Positions 38,249 to 49,000 of a stretch of DNA of 64,000 nucleotides are shown here, piece by piece. The DNA is taken from assembly GCA_012646185.1 (NCBI GenBank), contig GCA_012646185.1_4706.1, one strand, 5' to 3'. The position numbers and the translations under genes are program-made. Positions within the stretch are counted from its first letter, which is position 1. The number at the start of each line of letters is the position of its first letter. The DNA is from a phage. The notes beneath the pieces were generated by a model. The model was not told where the DNA came from, searched no databases, and saw nothing but the letters and a program-made list of their open reading frames with translations.

Positions 38249-38980
38249 TCACCATTCATACGATCCGGCGCACTGATGCCCCAATAGTACCAACGCGTCG
38301 TCTTTGGCAGCCAGGTATTTTTCTAACGTTATCCGTGAAACAGACACATTAGAGAAATCCATCACACCTAAGCGATGATCGTAATGGTTAATTTGCATCC
38401 GGTAATAACCTTTCTTTACCACCAGAAACTCACCTTGACGCAACCATAGCGGAACGTTATCAACCTCCGCATGGATATAAAACACCGGACATTCTGTCGT
38501 AACGGAGTTTTCCTTCCCATCGCTATCTGTAATCTTCCCTTTGGGGACAGCCGCGATAAAACATTCTCCGATACGCTCGGTTTGGTACCCGTTGGGGTAA
38601 CGCGGATCGTGAAACAACCAATGTTCATCGCTAATATCCACATCGGATAATAACGTACGATGTGGACGTAAGGCGATATCAAACGGAACACGATAGATAA
38701 CGTACCCGCCTAACCAATGGGCTAAGTGACCGCCAGAAAAATACTGCTTGATTGCGGTACTGTAGCCGTATATACAACCCATCAAACTGCTGGACACACA
38801 GATCCTTGGAAACGACCCGTCTTCCATACGCAAGGTACGTTGAGGGATACGCGGCATCATCGTTTTCAGTTCGGTATCGGTGCTAATATGCAATAAACCG
38901 AAAGGAAGCGTTTTGCTCGGCACCCACGCACAACGTTCCATAATCGCTCTTGGGACAATAGTCTCGATAGACGATAACAT
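38249..38980 (-). CDS. hypothetical protein
   Basis: 243-aa ORF. Confidence 0.6.
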   Translation of the reverse strand: MLSSIETIVPRAIMERCAWVPSKTLPFGLLHISTDTELKTMMPRIPQRTLRMEDGSFPRICVSSSLMGCIYGYSTAIKQYFSGGHLAHWLGGYVIYRVPFDIALRPHRTLLSDVDISDEHWLFHDPRYPNGYQTERIGECFIAAVPKGKITDSDGKENSVTTECPVFYIHAEVDNVPLWLRQGEFLVVKKGYYRMQINHYDHRLGVMDFSNVSVSRITLEKYLAAKDDALVLLGHQCAGSYEW

Positions 38981-38981
38981 A

Positions 38982-39692
38982 TCACCCCCTCAGAATCGCT
39001 TCTGTTTCGCTGATCGTATCCGCAGGATAAACCAAACTACTATCGATTGCGTTATTCACGTAACCACCCATTAAGTTGGTGATGGTGTTTGTACCGCTAT
39101 CGATAATGTTTCGTAATCCGATGTCGATGGCTTTTAAGGTGCTGCGTTCCTCATCCGAAAGCAAACGCCATGCTCGACGACGATCGTTGGGGTCACGTGT
39201 GGTGATAGACGCCAGAACAGAATAGATGCTGCTATCCGCATTCAATTTAACACCAGCCAATTTCGCTGACGTGTAGAGCAGCTGATATTTTTCTTTTTCG
39301 GTGTACCACCACGGCACTTTACCGAGCGTATAGATCTCGTTATACATCAGCCATGGGAAAGAGTTTCGCATCACGACATCGGTTGACACCAACACCGTGT
39401 CGCCGGGAAGAAACACAAATTCATAAAACGGCTGACCATCCATGGTAATCTCACGGATGTCAGATGGGTCGATATGGAGCTGGGTCAATGCGTGGCTGAC
39501 ACCATACTGACCATCAGGAAGAATAATCGGGCAGCACGCACAAACCCGGTTCTCACTCCCGATGATAGATAAACCCAATCCCTCGTAACGGACGGGTGTC
39601 AGAATCGAACACCCGCCACGAGTAACAACAGATTTATCTTCTTGTATGTCCCAGTCCGCAAGCACCGCAGCACCGTTGCGGACAAGCGCCAT
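38982..39692 (-). CDS. hypothetical protein
   Basis: 236-aa ORF. Confidence 0.6.
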   Translation of the reverse strand: MALVRNGAAVLADWDIQEDKSVVTRGGCSILTPVRYEGLGLSIIGSENRVCACCPIILPDGQYGVSHALTQLHIDPSDIREITMDGQPFYEFVFLPGDTVLVSTDVVMRNSFPWLMYNEIYTLGKVPWWYTEKEKYQLLYTSAKLAGVKLNADSSIYSVLASITTRDPNDRRRAWRLLSDEERSTLKAIDIGLRNIIDSGTNTITNLMGGYVNNAIDSSLVYPADTISETEAILRG

Positions 39693-41216
39693 TTACACCT
39701 CGCTAATCTGGATAACGTAAAGCTGCTGGGCCACGTAATCGGTGGTCAGATGCATCGTTGCGATGGTTGCTGCTTCGAATACCGTGAGTTCAGGACGTTC
39801 ACGCATAATCAAATCGATCTCATCGATGAGACGGTTAACGCCTTGAGCGTCTTCGTGATGCATGGTTTTCACGTACAGCGTACGGAAATACTGCTGGAAG
39901 TTAGCTACGTCGGTATCGGTAAGGGTAGCAACTTCACCACGCACAATTTCCATGACCTTCTTACGGGCATCTTCATCGAGGTCCACCGTAATCAGGTCAG
40001 CAAATACACCCTGCAACGCCAACGCGTATGCACGTAAGCGGTTTGCGGCTTGCTGGCTGGCTTTCATGTTAATGTAGTTACGGTAATGCTGCATGAAGCC
40101 CGCACCGTTAGCCAACAGTTCATCTTTACTGATGAGTTCACGTTCTAACAGGACAGCTGCGGTCAGTGCTTCCGGCGAACCACCTTCTTGCAGATAACCC
40201 ATGTAGACGTCTGCGTTAACGAAAATCGTCATCGTTGACGCGTCTTCAGCACGTTGAATCTGAGAAGCCGACGGTGCAGAAAGAATCAGCTCACCACGCT
40301 CCATACGCAGGATACGATCACGACCGACGCGGGCCATCCCGTTGATCGCCGCAGCACGAGCTTGTTGCATTTTAGCGCGGTAGTTTTCAAGCATCATGTC
40401 GTTGCCGTCCTGGATATCTTCCAGCAGGTTAACGGCCCACATATAGCAGAGGAATGCAGGAGTTGCCGCCGCGCGGGAACCGTGGAATGCAACGTTATCG
40501 CTATCCGGATATGTAATCAGATAAGCGGTGTTGTTCGAAGAAGGAGCGGAACCACGGAAGAAATAGTTGTAGATGTCTTCCAGTGCCTGATCGCTCATCC
40601 CTTCCGTTGCTTGCTGTACAAAACGATCCAGGTTTTCATTACCGGTATACAGCAACGTACGCAGCTTATCACCGGTGATAAACGCAAGCTTTCCGGTTGG
40701 AGTGAAATCGTTATTAATCGAAATCAAGCCATTGAGGTCATAATCGCTAACTAAGGCCTGGTACTCTTCGGAGTTATAAAACTCAGGATAGTAACTCAGA
40801 CTTACTGTCGGGATCAGTTTCGGTGCCAGGATGATCGAATCGATACGTTTTTCCAGTTCCGGGTACAGCGCACGGCATTTCGGCAGGATGGTATTACGCG
40901 CCAACTCTTTGGCATACACCACTTTTTCCACCACGTCTTGAACTGCGGTCTGTAAAACTTCATCGTGGATATAAACCTCGCGTTCGCTGGCAGGTGCTAC
41001 AGCGCCATCTTCGGTTTCATCAAGTGTTTCAGCAACAACCACACGTTCAGCACTAAGCTGTACCAACGCATCCGCGTCTTCCGGTGGCTGGTTCCAGTGC
41101 ATGGTTTCACAAACCGCGGCTAACGGAGTACCTGGAATCGCAGCGACGATTTGGTTACGTTTGATAAACCCTTCGACAATAGGCTCAACAGCATAAACGG
41201 TTTTATTGGTGATCAT
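39693..41216 (-). CDS. hypothetical protein (507 aa)
   Basis: Long ORF with codon usage typical of an abundant protein. Confidence 0.65.
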   Translation of the reverse strand: MITNKTVYAVEPIVEGFIKRNQIVAAIPGTPLAAVCETMHWNQPPEDADALVQLSAERVVVAETLDETEDGAVAPASEREVYIHDEVLQTAVQDVVEKVVYAKELARNTILPKCRALYPELEKRIDSIILAPKLIPTVSLSYYPEFYNSEEYQALVSDYDLNGLISINNDFTPTGKLAFITGDKLRTLLYTGNENLDRFVQQATEGMSDQALEDIYNYFFRGSAPSSNNTAYLITYPDSDNVAFHGSRAAATPAFLCYMWAVNLLEDIQDGNDMMLENYRAKMQQARAAAINGMARVGRDRILRMERGELILSAPSASQIQRAEDASTMTIFVNADVYMGYLQEGGSPEALTAAVLLERELISKDELLANGAGFMQHYRNYINMKASQQAANRLRAYALALQGVFADLITVDLDEDARKKVMEIVRGEVATLTDTDVANFQQYFRTLYVKTMHHEDAQGVNRLIDEIDLIMRERPELTVFEAATIATMHLTTDYVAQQLYVIQISEV

Positions 41217-41449
41217 TACTGCGCTCCCTCCAACGCATTACTACCTACGGGTTCTTTGGTTTCCAGACGGCTGTTTAAGCGCGCAGCAACCGCATCTTCC
41301 AATCCCAACGGCATAACCTTTTTGTTCACGTCAGGATCGGCGGCATCATTACCAACGGTTTGACGTACGACCTCAGCAACCAACGTTACCGCGTTCGTCA
41401 GCGCAACAAAGCTCGCTGCCCGAGCCGTGTTAAGTTGTTCTTGGTTCAT
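41216..41449 (-). CDS. hypothetical small protein
   Basis: 77-aa ORF; its stop overlaps the next start. Confidence 0.5.
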   Translation of the reverse strand: MNQEQLNTARAASFVALTNAVTLVAEVVRQTVGNDAADPDVNKKVMPLGLEDAVAARLNSRLETKEPVGSNALEGAQ

Positions 41450-41480
41450 TCACTTTTCCTTTTAATGTCAGAGCATCGCA

Positions 41481-41500
41481 TTCTTGACGTACGTCAAGAA
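41481..41500. promoter_or_regulatory. perfect 20-nt palindrome TTCTTGACGTACGTCAAGAA
   Basis: Between the RNAP beta-like gene terminator and the CDS starting at 41449; shares ACGTCAAGAAGGT with 38214-38242. Confidence 0.35.
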
Positions 41501-41523
41501 GGTACTGCGTTCAGCGAAATAAA

Positions 41524-41549
41524 CGAGCAGGGGCATGAAGCCCCCTGCT
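41524..41549 (-). terminator. intrinsic terminator after RNAP beta-like gene
   Basis: gagcagggg - loop - cccctgctc, followed on the minus strand by UUUAUUUCG. Confidence 0.55.
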
Positions 41550-41550
41550 C

Positions 41551-44500
41551 TTATTTGGCGTCGTTAAAATAAATATCAACAGCTCGTTCCGTTGCGTAGA
41601 GGAGACCAAGATTCACAGTCCCAACCACTTCCGGTGAACCGATGATACGGTTAGCGATACTGGTGCCACTGAAGATAGCATCAAGGGTGTGCCCGTCTTC
41701 GGTTTTGTTCACACCATGACCCACGGAAGAGACAACGGATTTCGCTTGAGCTGCGAAGGTACCTTTATCACCCATCCCCGCACCAAGGTCGTAACGCATG
41801 AAAATACGGATAGCGATCTGGTTCTCGCCTAACGGATTACCGTCTATTCTCACGTTACTGTTATTGATACGCCCCGTAGTTGCTTCGTTGAGTTTCAGTT
41901 CCTTAACGCGTTTAGCTCGTGCTTTATCTGCCTCACCGACGAGCGCTGCCATGGTTTCACTCATATCCTCAATCTGAGCGCGGTACAGTACATCGATCTG
42001 TACAACTTCACCATGAACGTCAGCACGTGGGTTATACTGACTCATACGACGTAATGCTTCAACGGCTTCCTGACTCTCATCACTCAGATCGGTCGCAATC
42101 GGTTCTTCCAGTGTTGCAAGGATCGTTCGTGGTTCAACATGATCGCCGATTTTCACGAGACCACGAATGTTGAGATGGGCGTCAACGATGAGCGTACGGC
42201 TCTTAATCGATGGTGTTACGAGACGATCAGCAAGATTGTCGAAGATATACGAACTGTCCTCGTGAGTCTCTGGAATATCCAGAATACCGACAAGAGACAG
42301 AACACCTGCGCGCCAAACAACCTGACCTGGGTTCCACCAATCGCGTTTAAAATAAAGACGATGGAAAACCACCACATCCTGATCCTTAACGCGATCCCCG
42401 ACTTTATAATCGGTAATGAGATCGTGAGGATAATACTTACCTGGTCCTTTCCCGATTATCGTACCGAGCTGGAAAACCTCTTCCCCTAACTCTGGATCGT
42501 CGTATTGTATCGTAAGCGCAGTTTTGGTGACCTTCTTAACAACACCATCGCCTTGGGCAGCTGCTGCAAAGAGCTTACCAACACGATGCGCGATGACAGT
42601 CTCACCGCCTGTGCGCCATGGTTGTACATCGTAACCTTCAGCAGCAATCATGCGGTTGTGTTGGATCCCGACGAAGACCAGACGTTTTCCATCATCACGG
42701 TCTACAGCCGGAACAGCTAACGCTGACGTACTCATTACCGATGAGATGCCGTCTGTCTTTTCATCGAATGGTCGTGTTTCACCATACACCGACACGATAT
42801 TAGCATTAGGTGCAAGGTAAGCAGAGATACCCACATCCCCACTATCTTTCGTACCCTCTGACACAATACCAACATCGGACTTGTCGTATTCACGATCGCG
42901 TGCGCGTCGAAGCGATGTCTTTGAACGACCCCCGATACCGGTCATCGTTGCTTCTTCACCCTGCTTGATATCCAGCATCGGGTTGGTTTCATCGATCACG
43001 ATGGACGCGCTGTCGTCGAGAATTTGGTTCCAGACGCTTACCGGACTGATTGAGATTTTCTGACGATTTCCTTGACTGCTGTTCTCATTCTGACGAATAG
43101 CGCCAACCAGATCCTTATACACCAATTCAGCGAACTTATCGTACGTTTTAAAACGTTGATAGTTCACATCGTTGGTGTTAGGTGCCCAGTCATCCAGAAG
43201 CAGTTCAACAGCACGCAGTAACAACATGGCGAAATCGGTAGGTTCTCCCATGTTCTGTAGCAACGTACGGCTTACCGGATCAACGAAAAGACGCTCCATG
43301 AGTTCAAGTTCGCGTAAATGACGAACCTTAAGTCCGGCACCATCGACAACGTTAAAATAGATATCTCGATTGTCGAAAGCACCGCGAGCGTAACCGATGT
43401 AGTTACGGTACTCGTTAAATCCGCCCAGCAACAACGTCGTCATGCGATCGTCTTTACTGAAGATCAAACTTTCGTCATCAAAGCTCACCGCGAATTCATC
43501 GGGCGCTAGACCCATACGAGAACCGCGAGGTACCGTACGATAGTTCGCTTTAAGATGTTCTAATAACGGGGTAAGTCCACCCAGATAACTTAGAACAACA
43601 CCAACCGGAATACGTACACCCATGAATTCAAGATCGGCGGCTTCGATCGGCATCTTAGCCGCATTGATACCGAAGAAATCGGGGAACGTCCCTACAGGTG
43701 TTGGTGTTTGTCCTGACTGACAGATATAGAGCTGATTGCGTTTATCGATTGCTAAGAATTCACCCAGCGTGTTACGCGCAAACGTCAGGAGCCCTTCGGC
43801 TAACTGTTCGTTGAACCGATCTTCCCCGATGAACTCCGGCAATGTCTTTGTATCAAGACGTATATCCCAATCAGCAAATTGGATTTGGGTATAGTTGCGT
43901 GCAAGCACAGCGAAGTAATACGGGACTTTGACGGCCGGATCAAAGACGTTACCACGTTTTAACGTGGTTAAGGGCGAAGACTTATCGTAATACATCGCTG
44001 TAAGTTGGCGTGTTAGCCAACGACCGGCGTTATTAACGACACGCTCTGAACGTTTAACAAACACCTTACCGTAGGCGGTACTCAACGCAACTTCGGATGA
44101 TGATACCTTTCTAATAGGTTTATCAACACGTTGTTTACGCATCCGGTATTTGATGCCGTTAACAACATAAATGCCGTCCTTACGAACCTTCGGCAACATC
44201 ACCGGGAACGTGGTTGGGACACCGCCTACAGGAGCCAGTTTAATCGTGATGACTTGATAATCCCCCATCACGTCAACAACATCTTCAACTTTATATCCCG
44301 TGACAGGGTAACCTGCCTGTTGTACGGCAACAACAGCGGCTGCGATGTCCTTTTGCATCACGTGTTCAACGTAATGTTTATCCCACACCGCAAGCGTCGA
44401 TTTACATAGGCTCTTATCGACGATAACATCCGCTTCCGGCATAACCTTTGCTGGCGCTAATTTCGCGGCTTTTGGTTTAACTTCAACATACTCAGCAAGT

Positions 44501-45897
44501 GTTAATCCAGAACCGTCGGGTGCTTCGATTTCGTGAATGGCGTCAGCATTACGCATCGCTGCTTTATATTGGACGCCGCTTAACTGACCCGCATCAGCCA
44601 GATCGCTCGCGCGTACCAACACCGCATCCGATAACGACTGAATATATTCACCGTGTGTTTTCGGTAGCGTTGCTGCGTCAAAGACATCAACCTTTTCTTC
44701 TTCGGTATCGTCGGTAACGACTTCGAAGAGATCGTCGGTAATGTCCTGATCTTCATCGGGTTGGAAATCTGGTTGTACTTCTACCCCGGGTACTTCACGG
44801 ACATCTTCGAACGAGCGTTCTACAATGGCGTTCCACGCATCAGCGTCATCGTCTTCATCCGACCCGCCGACCAACTCCGCTTCTAACTCATCGGGATCAA
44901 GAACGGTAGCCAGATCCTCACCGTTAGGAAGCACGACGTCGCGATCATCATACTCCGCATCCGGGCTGTCTGCAAGAATATCTCGCTCTTGACGAAGAAC
45001 CTGTTCCTCTTCTTGTTTCTGTTCTTCTTCATTCGCACTCTGCGACCACAAACGTGTTACCGCCATCATCCAACGACGCTGGAAGGTTTCAAGTGTCGTT
45101 TTATCGAGTTCTTCCCCTTCCTTAACAAGCCCGGTACGCCATTCCTCCAGCAGGCCCAGATTCAGCGTAAAGAAGTACACACCGTCCGTAAATACAACGT
45201 TAAGCTTATCCAGCGTGGCTCTGTCTAACGAAGCCATCGTACTGTTCTCACGATCGGTTCCCAACCAGCGGAAGAAGTCAAAGAACGACAGCTCCTCCGG
45301 CGTAGCGAAATTCATGAGGTTGTTACGGGTCGGTGCCTGTTGCGTGGTACGCATCAACGAAATCTTCGGCAATGTTGACGGTATACGGAACAACAGAAAG
45401 TGTTGACGATCGCTTTGCTGTGCGATTTCGTTGGCTTTCGACCAAATTGTTTTACGTACGTTGAACCATTCATCATACCAACGGGTGAGCGTTGGACGAT
45501 AAATGTACATGTGGTTAAGATGCGCGTAGTTAGCCACGATCTGAGCGTTGATGTTTTTCTCCACCGTACTTAGATCAGTGACCAAACGAAAACGACGATG
45601 CGATGCACGGTAATCCAGTTTCGCACGCGGTAGCTGGAATCGCTGATCCCGTCGAGGTGCGCCTTGCTTGGTTGCAAGGTCATCCGCGAACGATATCCAA
45701 AGCTGGGCACTTTCTTTGCTCAGCATGTATTCGTTTTCTGGAGGACCTATCAATGATGGATCCGTTGCGGTGTAATGATAGACAGCATAACGCGGCAGCT
45801 GCAATAGCTGCACTAAACGTAATCTCGGTGACAATAGCTCTTGGTAGCGTCTGACACCGAACTGTCGGTAGTAATCAAGGTATTTAAGTTTTGCCAT
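41551..45897 (-). CDS. RNA polymerase beta-like subunit, large N-terminal fragment type (virion RNAP by synteny), putative
   Basis: 1448-aa ORF directly downstream of the beta-prime-like gene and next to the giant tail-protein gene, as in phiKZ gp178-gp181; C-terminal DLGAGMGDKG...RIIGSP resembles the beta GDKxAGRHGNKG / NPLGVPSRMNIGQ region; assignment is tentative. Confidence 0.5.
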   Translation of the reverse strand: MAKLKYLDYYRQFGVRRYQELLSPRLRLVQLLQLPRYAVYHYTATDPSLIGPPENEYMLSKESAQLWISFADDLATKQGAPRRDQRFQLPRAKLDYRASHRRFRLVTDLSTVEKNINAQIVANYAHLNHMYIYRPTLTRWYDEWFNVRKTIWSKANEIAQQSDRQHFLLFRIPSTLPKISLMRTTQQAPTRNNLMNFATPEELSFFDFFRWLGTDRENSTMASLDRATLDKLNVVFTDGVYFFTLNLGLLEEWRTGLVKEGEELDKTTLETFQRRWMMAVTRLWSQSANEEEQKQEEEQVLRQERDILADSPDAEYDDRDVVLPNGEDLATVLDPDELEAELVGGSDEDDDADAWNAIVERSFEDVREVPGVEVQPDFQPDEDQDITDDLFEVVTDDTEEEKVDVFDAATLPKTHGEYIQSLSDAVLVRASDLADAGQLSGVQYKAAMRNADAIHEIEAPDGSGLTLAEYVEVKPKAAKLAPAKVMPEADVIVDKSLCKSTLAVWDKHYVEHVMQKDIAAAVVAVQQAGYPVTGYKVEDVVDVMGDYQVITIKLAPVGGVPTTFPVMLPKVRKDGIYVVNGIKYRMRKQRVDKPIRKVSSSEVALSTAYGKVFVKRSERVVNNAGRWLTRQLTAMYYDKSSPLTTLKRGNVFDPAVKVPYYFAVLARNYTQIQFADWDIRLDTKTLPEFIGEDRFNEQLAEGLLTFARNTLGEFLAIDKRNQLYICQSGQTPTPVGTFPDFFGINAAKMPIEAADLEFMGVRIPVGVVLSYLGGLTPLLEHLKANYRTVPRGSRMGLAPDEFAVSFDDESLIFSKDDRMTTLLLGGFNEYRNYIGYARGAFDNRDIYFNVVDGAGLKVRHLRELELMERLFVDPVSRTLLQNMGEPTDFAMLLLRAVELLLDDWAPNTNDVNYQRFKTYDKFAELVYKDLVGAIRQNENSSQGNRQKISISPVSVWNQILDDSASIVIDETNPMLDIKQGEEATMTGIGGRSKTSLRRARDREYDKSDVGIVSEGTKDSGDVGISAYLAPNANIVSVYGETRPFDEKTDGISSVMSTSALAVPAVDRDDGKRLVFVGIQHNRMIAAEGYDVQPWRTGGETVIAHRVGKLFAAAAQGDGVVKKVTKTALTIQYDDPELGEEVFQLGTIIGKGPGKYYPHDLITDYKVGDRVKDQDVVVFHRLYFKRDWWNPGQVVWRAGVLSLVGILDIPETHEDSSYIFDNLADRLVTPSIKSRTLIVDAHLNIRGLVKIGDHVEPRTILATLEEPIATDLSDESQEAVEALRRMSQYNPRADVHGEVVQIDVLYRAQIEDMSETMAALVGEADKARAKRVKELKLNEATTGRINNSNVRIDGNPLGENQIAIRIFMRYDLGAGMGDKGTFAAQAKSVVSSVGHGVNKTEDGHTLDAIFSGTSIANRIIGSPEVVGTVNLGLLYATERAVDIYFNDAK

Positions 45898-45900
45898 GGG

Positions 45901-46080
45901 TTAGGCTCCACGAGGTCCCGTTAAGTTGCGTAACAGGAACGCAACTGTATCGTAACCAATATCAATGTTGAATTTATTTTTACCGCTTACCCAGAAAGCA
46001 CGCTTCTTGTGTGAGTTGGTAATTTCGTCAATAGCTTCCATGGAATAAAGAACGTTAACCGAGACCGTATCACCGTCGAA
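45901..46080 (-). CDS. exon 2 of virion-type beta-prime-like gene (59 codons + stop)
   Basis: Begins TTC GAC GGT GAT ACG GTC (FDGDTVSVNVLYSMEAIDE, cf. E. coli FDGDQMAVHVPLTLEAQLE) right after an intron-terminal G at 46081; stop TAA lies 3 nt before the ATG of the beta-like gene. Confidence 0.7.
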   Translation of the reverse strand, partial: FDGDTVSVNVLYSMEAIDEITNSHKKRAFWVSGKNKFNIDIGYDTVAFLLRNLTGPRGA

Positions 46081-49000
46081 CCTTGTCTTCGCCTCAGGTC
46101 GCTACGCTGAGACCGCCTGCATGGATACGTACATCACAGGCTGCTTGCACTTTCATGCAAGAGGAGACTATATCAAACCGGCAGCGCAACCTGCTACGGT
46201 AACCTACACTTCGAAGACGCTCGTCCTCTACAGGGTGGTAAATCCCTTAGTCGTTGAACCTGCGTTGTTTCACATTCTTGTTTGTAAGAATGTCGTATTA
46301 CTACGCAACAACCAGGCTGCTGATTGCCCATTGTTTCGCACCTTAGCACCGCTTACGCGGCTTTTCTTTCAGCCTAAGCCTCTTACGGAGGTAGTGCATC
46401 TCAACTGTTGTTTCTGCCTTTCGGCACCTCATGGGTCGTTGAGCTTTAGGGGTTCCCAGCATTTCGTAGGTTTTTCAAGCACTCCCTTTCGGGAATACCG
46501 GACTCATTATTAGCTTATTTATTCAAGTATCTGAAATCCCACTTATCTTTACGTCGTTTATCGCACTTGATGTCAGGATGATTAACACGATGCCTAATAG
46601 TTGTTGCCGATAGCTGGCTGAGATTCTCAGCAGATCGTGCGCCAAGAACAACGAGTTTTGTGTCGTCTGGACGCGTAACTTCTACTGCCCGATAATGCTT
46701 ACGTAACACATCACGCCAATATTCACGACGTTCTGGTTCAGCATACTCAAGCATGTAACCGTTAACATCTACTAAACCGTAGCTTTCGTTTAATCGAGAG
46801 GTAGCGGCTGGTTTACTAATACCGATTGCTTTAGCCGCATCGACCACGGTTTTATACGGGGTCTCATTACCGTCTCTATCTACAACCACAATGAAATCTG
46901 GACGTGAATCGAGTAGCTGCTGTCTGCGTTCGACGGCTTGTTGATGAAGCACCATGTTAACGTGTTCGAACCCGTAACCTTCTGGACCGTGCCACCCTGG
47001 ATTGTTATTCGCTCGATAAAGTACCGTCGCAGATTTCACTCCAGTCTGACGTGACGCCTCGTTTGCACTATGAACAACCGTGGTAGAGCCGTCAGGGTGA
47101 TATATCCGTATCTGGTTCATTATACCGGAACCAATGAAGTTACCATCAGCTGATTTAATATCCGGCCATGGTTGAGGATCATCTTTGAATTTAACCACCC
47201 AGCGGTTATTAAACAGTTTGACTTTTCGAACATGTTTGCCCATTGTCGTATCCGTAACACCTGCGACTACTGATGCCTGTGTGATACTCAGGTACTCAGT
47301 AACGGTATCGTTCCATGTATCCCAAAGCAGAACCGGTTTATTGTCGTCGCGTAAACCGTATTCGATGGCGTGTAGAACGTTACGACTTCTGGTCGCCCAT
47401 TCAAGATTATCGAGAGAGTAATTCCATTTGTCGGCATCGAGATGATTAACGTCCAACTTATCGACATTAGCCGGATATTCCCGCCACGCCAACATCAAGC
47501 AGCGATGCAGAACCTTAGTTCTCGTTACATCCCGACAATCATGACGTAGACTAATGAATACGTAATTATCCTTTTTCGGATACGATCTACATTCCTGACC
47601 GTCTTTGCGGCGAATAACTCGTCCTTTCTCATTTATCAGATAACGGGTGTGTCCAGGAATGACACGATAACCAGGGTACTTAGCGATTTCGTAAGCAGGC
47701 TCGAACCGATAGGATAAATTATCAACATCCCAGTTAGATTCGTCACCATCAACAAACATCGCTTTGACGTACTTCTGTGTTTCAATATCAACCAGGATGT
47801 TTTTGTGTGCGATACAAATCAATGCTGGGATATTGAATTCACGACCGGCTAAGATAACCATGTCGCCATTTCTCGGTATCACGACGTGGGTATCACGATA
47901 CCGTAAATTTCCATAGCCGTCTATTTCAATCCAGCTTAGAAACGGAATGGATATAAACTCTTTTTCAGATACTCGCCATTTAAACATCTTAATACCTATT
48001 TAATACTAAACATCATATTAATAGGTTTAAAAGTTAAAAATGACAGAAAATGGCTAAATTGAATCACCGCCTAAACCGGCGAGGTACGGGGCAGGAACAA
48101 TAGTAGTTTCTACGAATGATGCATTAGGTAACCAGTCGGGGTATTCCCATGCGATAAATCGTTCATCCGTTATTGGTTCCCAGTTACTATCCAGTTCGGT
48201 TTTCGGTTTTGCCGCAACGGTTGTACGTGCGTAACAGGTTAACGGGATAACGGATTGCATACCGGATACCGGATAACGTGTTACCATCGCAGCCAGGTTA
48301 TTCCAGTACTTATAACCAGCGATATAAATAAGCTCGGTGTAAGTAATGGGGTGAACATCCGCACCAGGCTTATTCAACATCTCCGGAGGTAATTCACTCA
48401 TACCACGGAATAACCGAAACGAATCATTGTTCACATAGACGAGGCAAAGATATCGTCCATTGACCATGATAGGCTCGTTACGCACGCCAGGATCGCTTAA
48501 GGTGTTCAGTAAACGTTCTATTCCGTCCCAGGTTGTAAAGTCATCGATGGTGTCTGGATCAAGCGTGACACGTTCACGTTCCATCGTTTCGGTATCAATA
48601 AGTTCAACTTCTGTAACGTCACGAACAAATATTTCCTGCAAAATACCGGTACGTAACGCATGTTGCGTTACTGGGAGAGCAGCTTTACTCATCTGGTATA
48701 ACCCTAACTGAACTGCGGTACAGGAAGGCTGGTTAGGCGACCCTAATACCTCCGTTGTGGGGTTAATTGCCGAAATAACGTTACGGGTTGAGTTCCAAAC
48801 GCGACGTGAACCAAACTTCCCTTGGAAGATCCCTTTCTTACCTTGGAACATATCCAACAACAAAGCGTAGATATCGTTAAACGTTCTCTGTAAGCTCCAG
48901 CGTTGGCCGTCGTAAACGGGATCGGAATAATCTTTTAATCCATCAGGGACGGTGTTAGAAATTGCAAGGAAACGACGATACAACTCCGTGATTTCTTGCT

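Noticed and set aside
46121-46513. Plus-strand ORF of 130 aa
   Set aside because: Antisense to the structured core of the group I intron in the beta-prime-like gene; no SD; rejected as spurious
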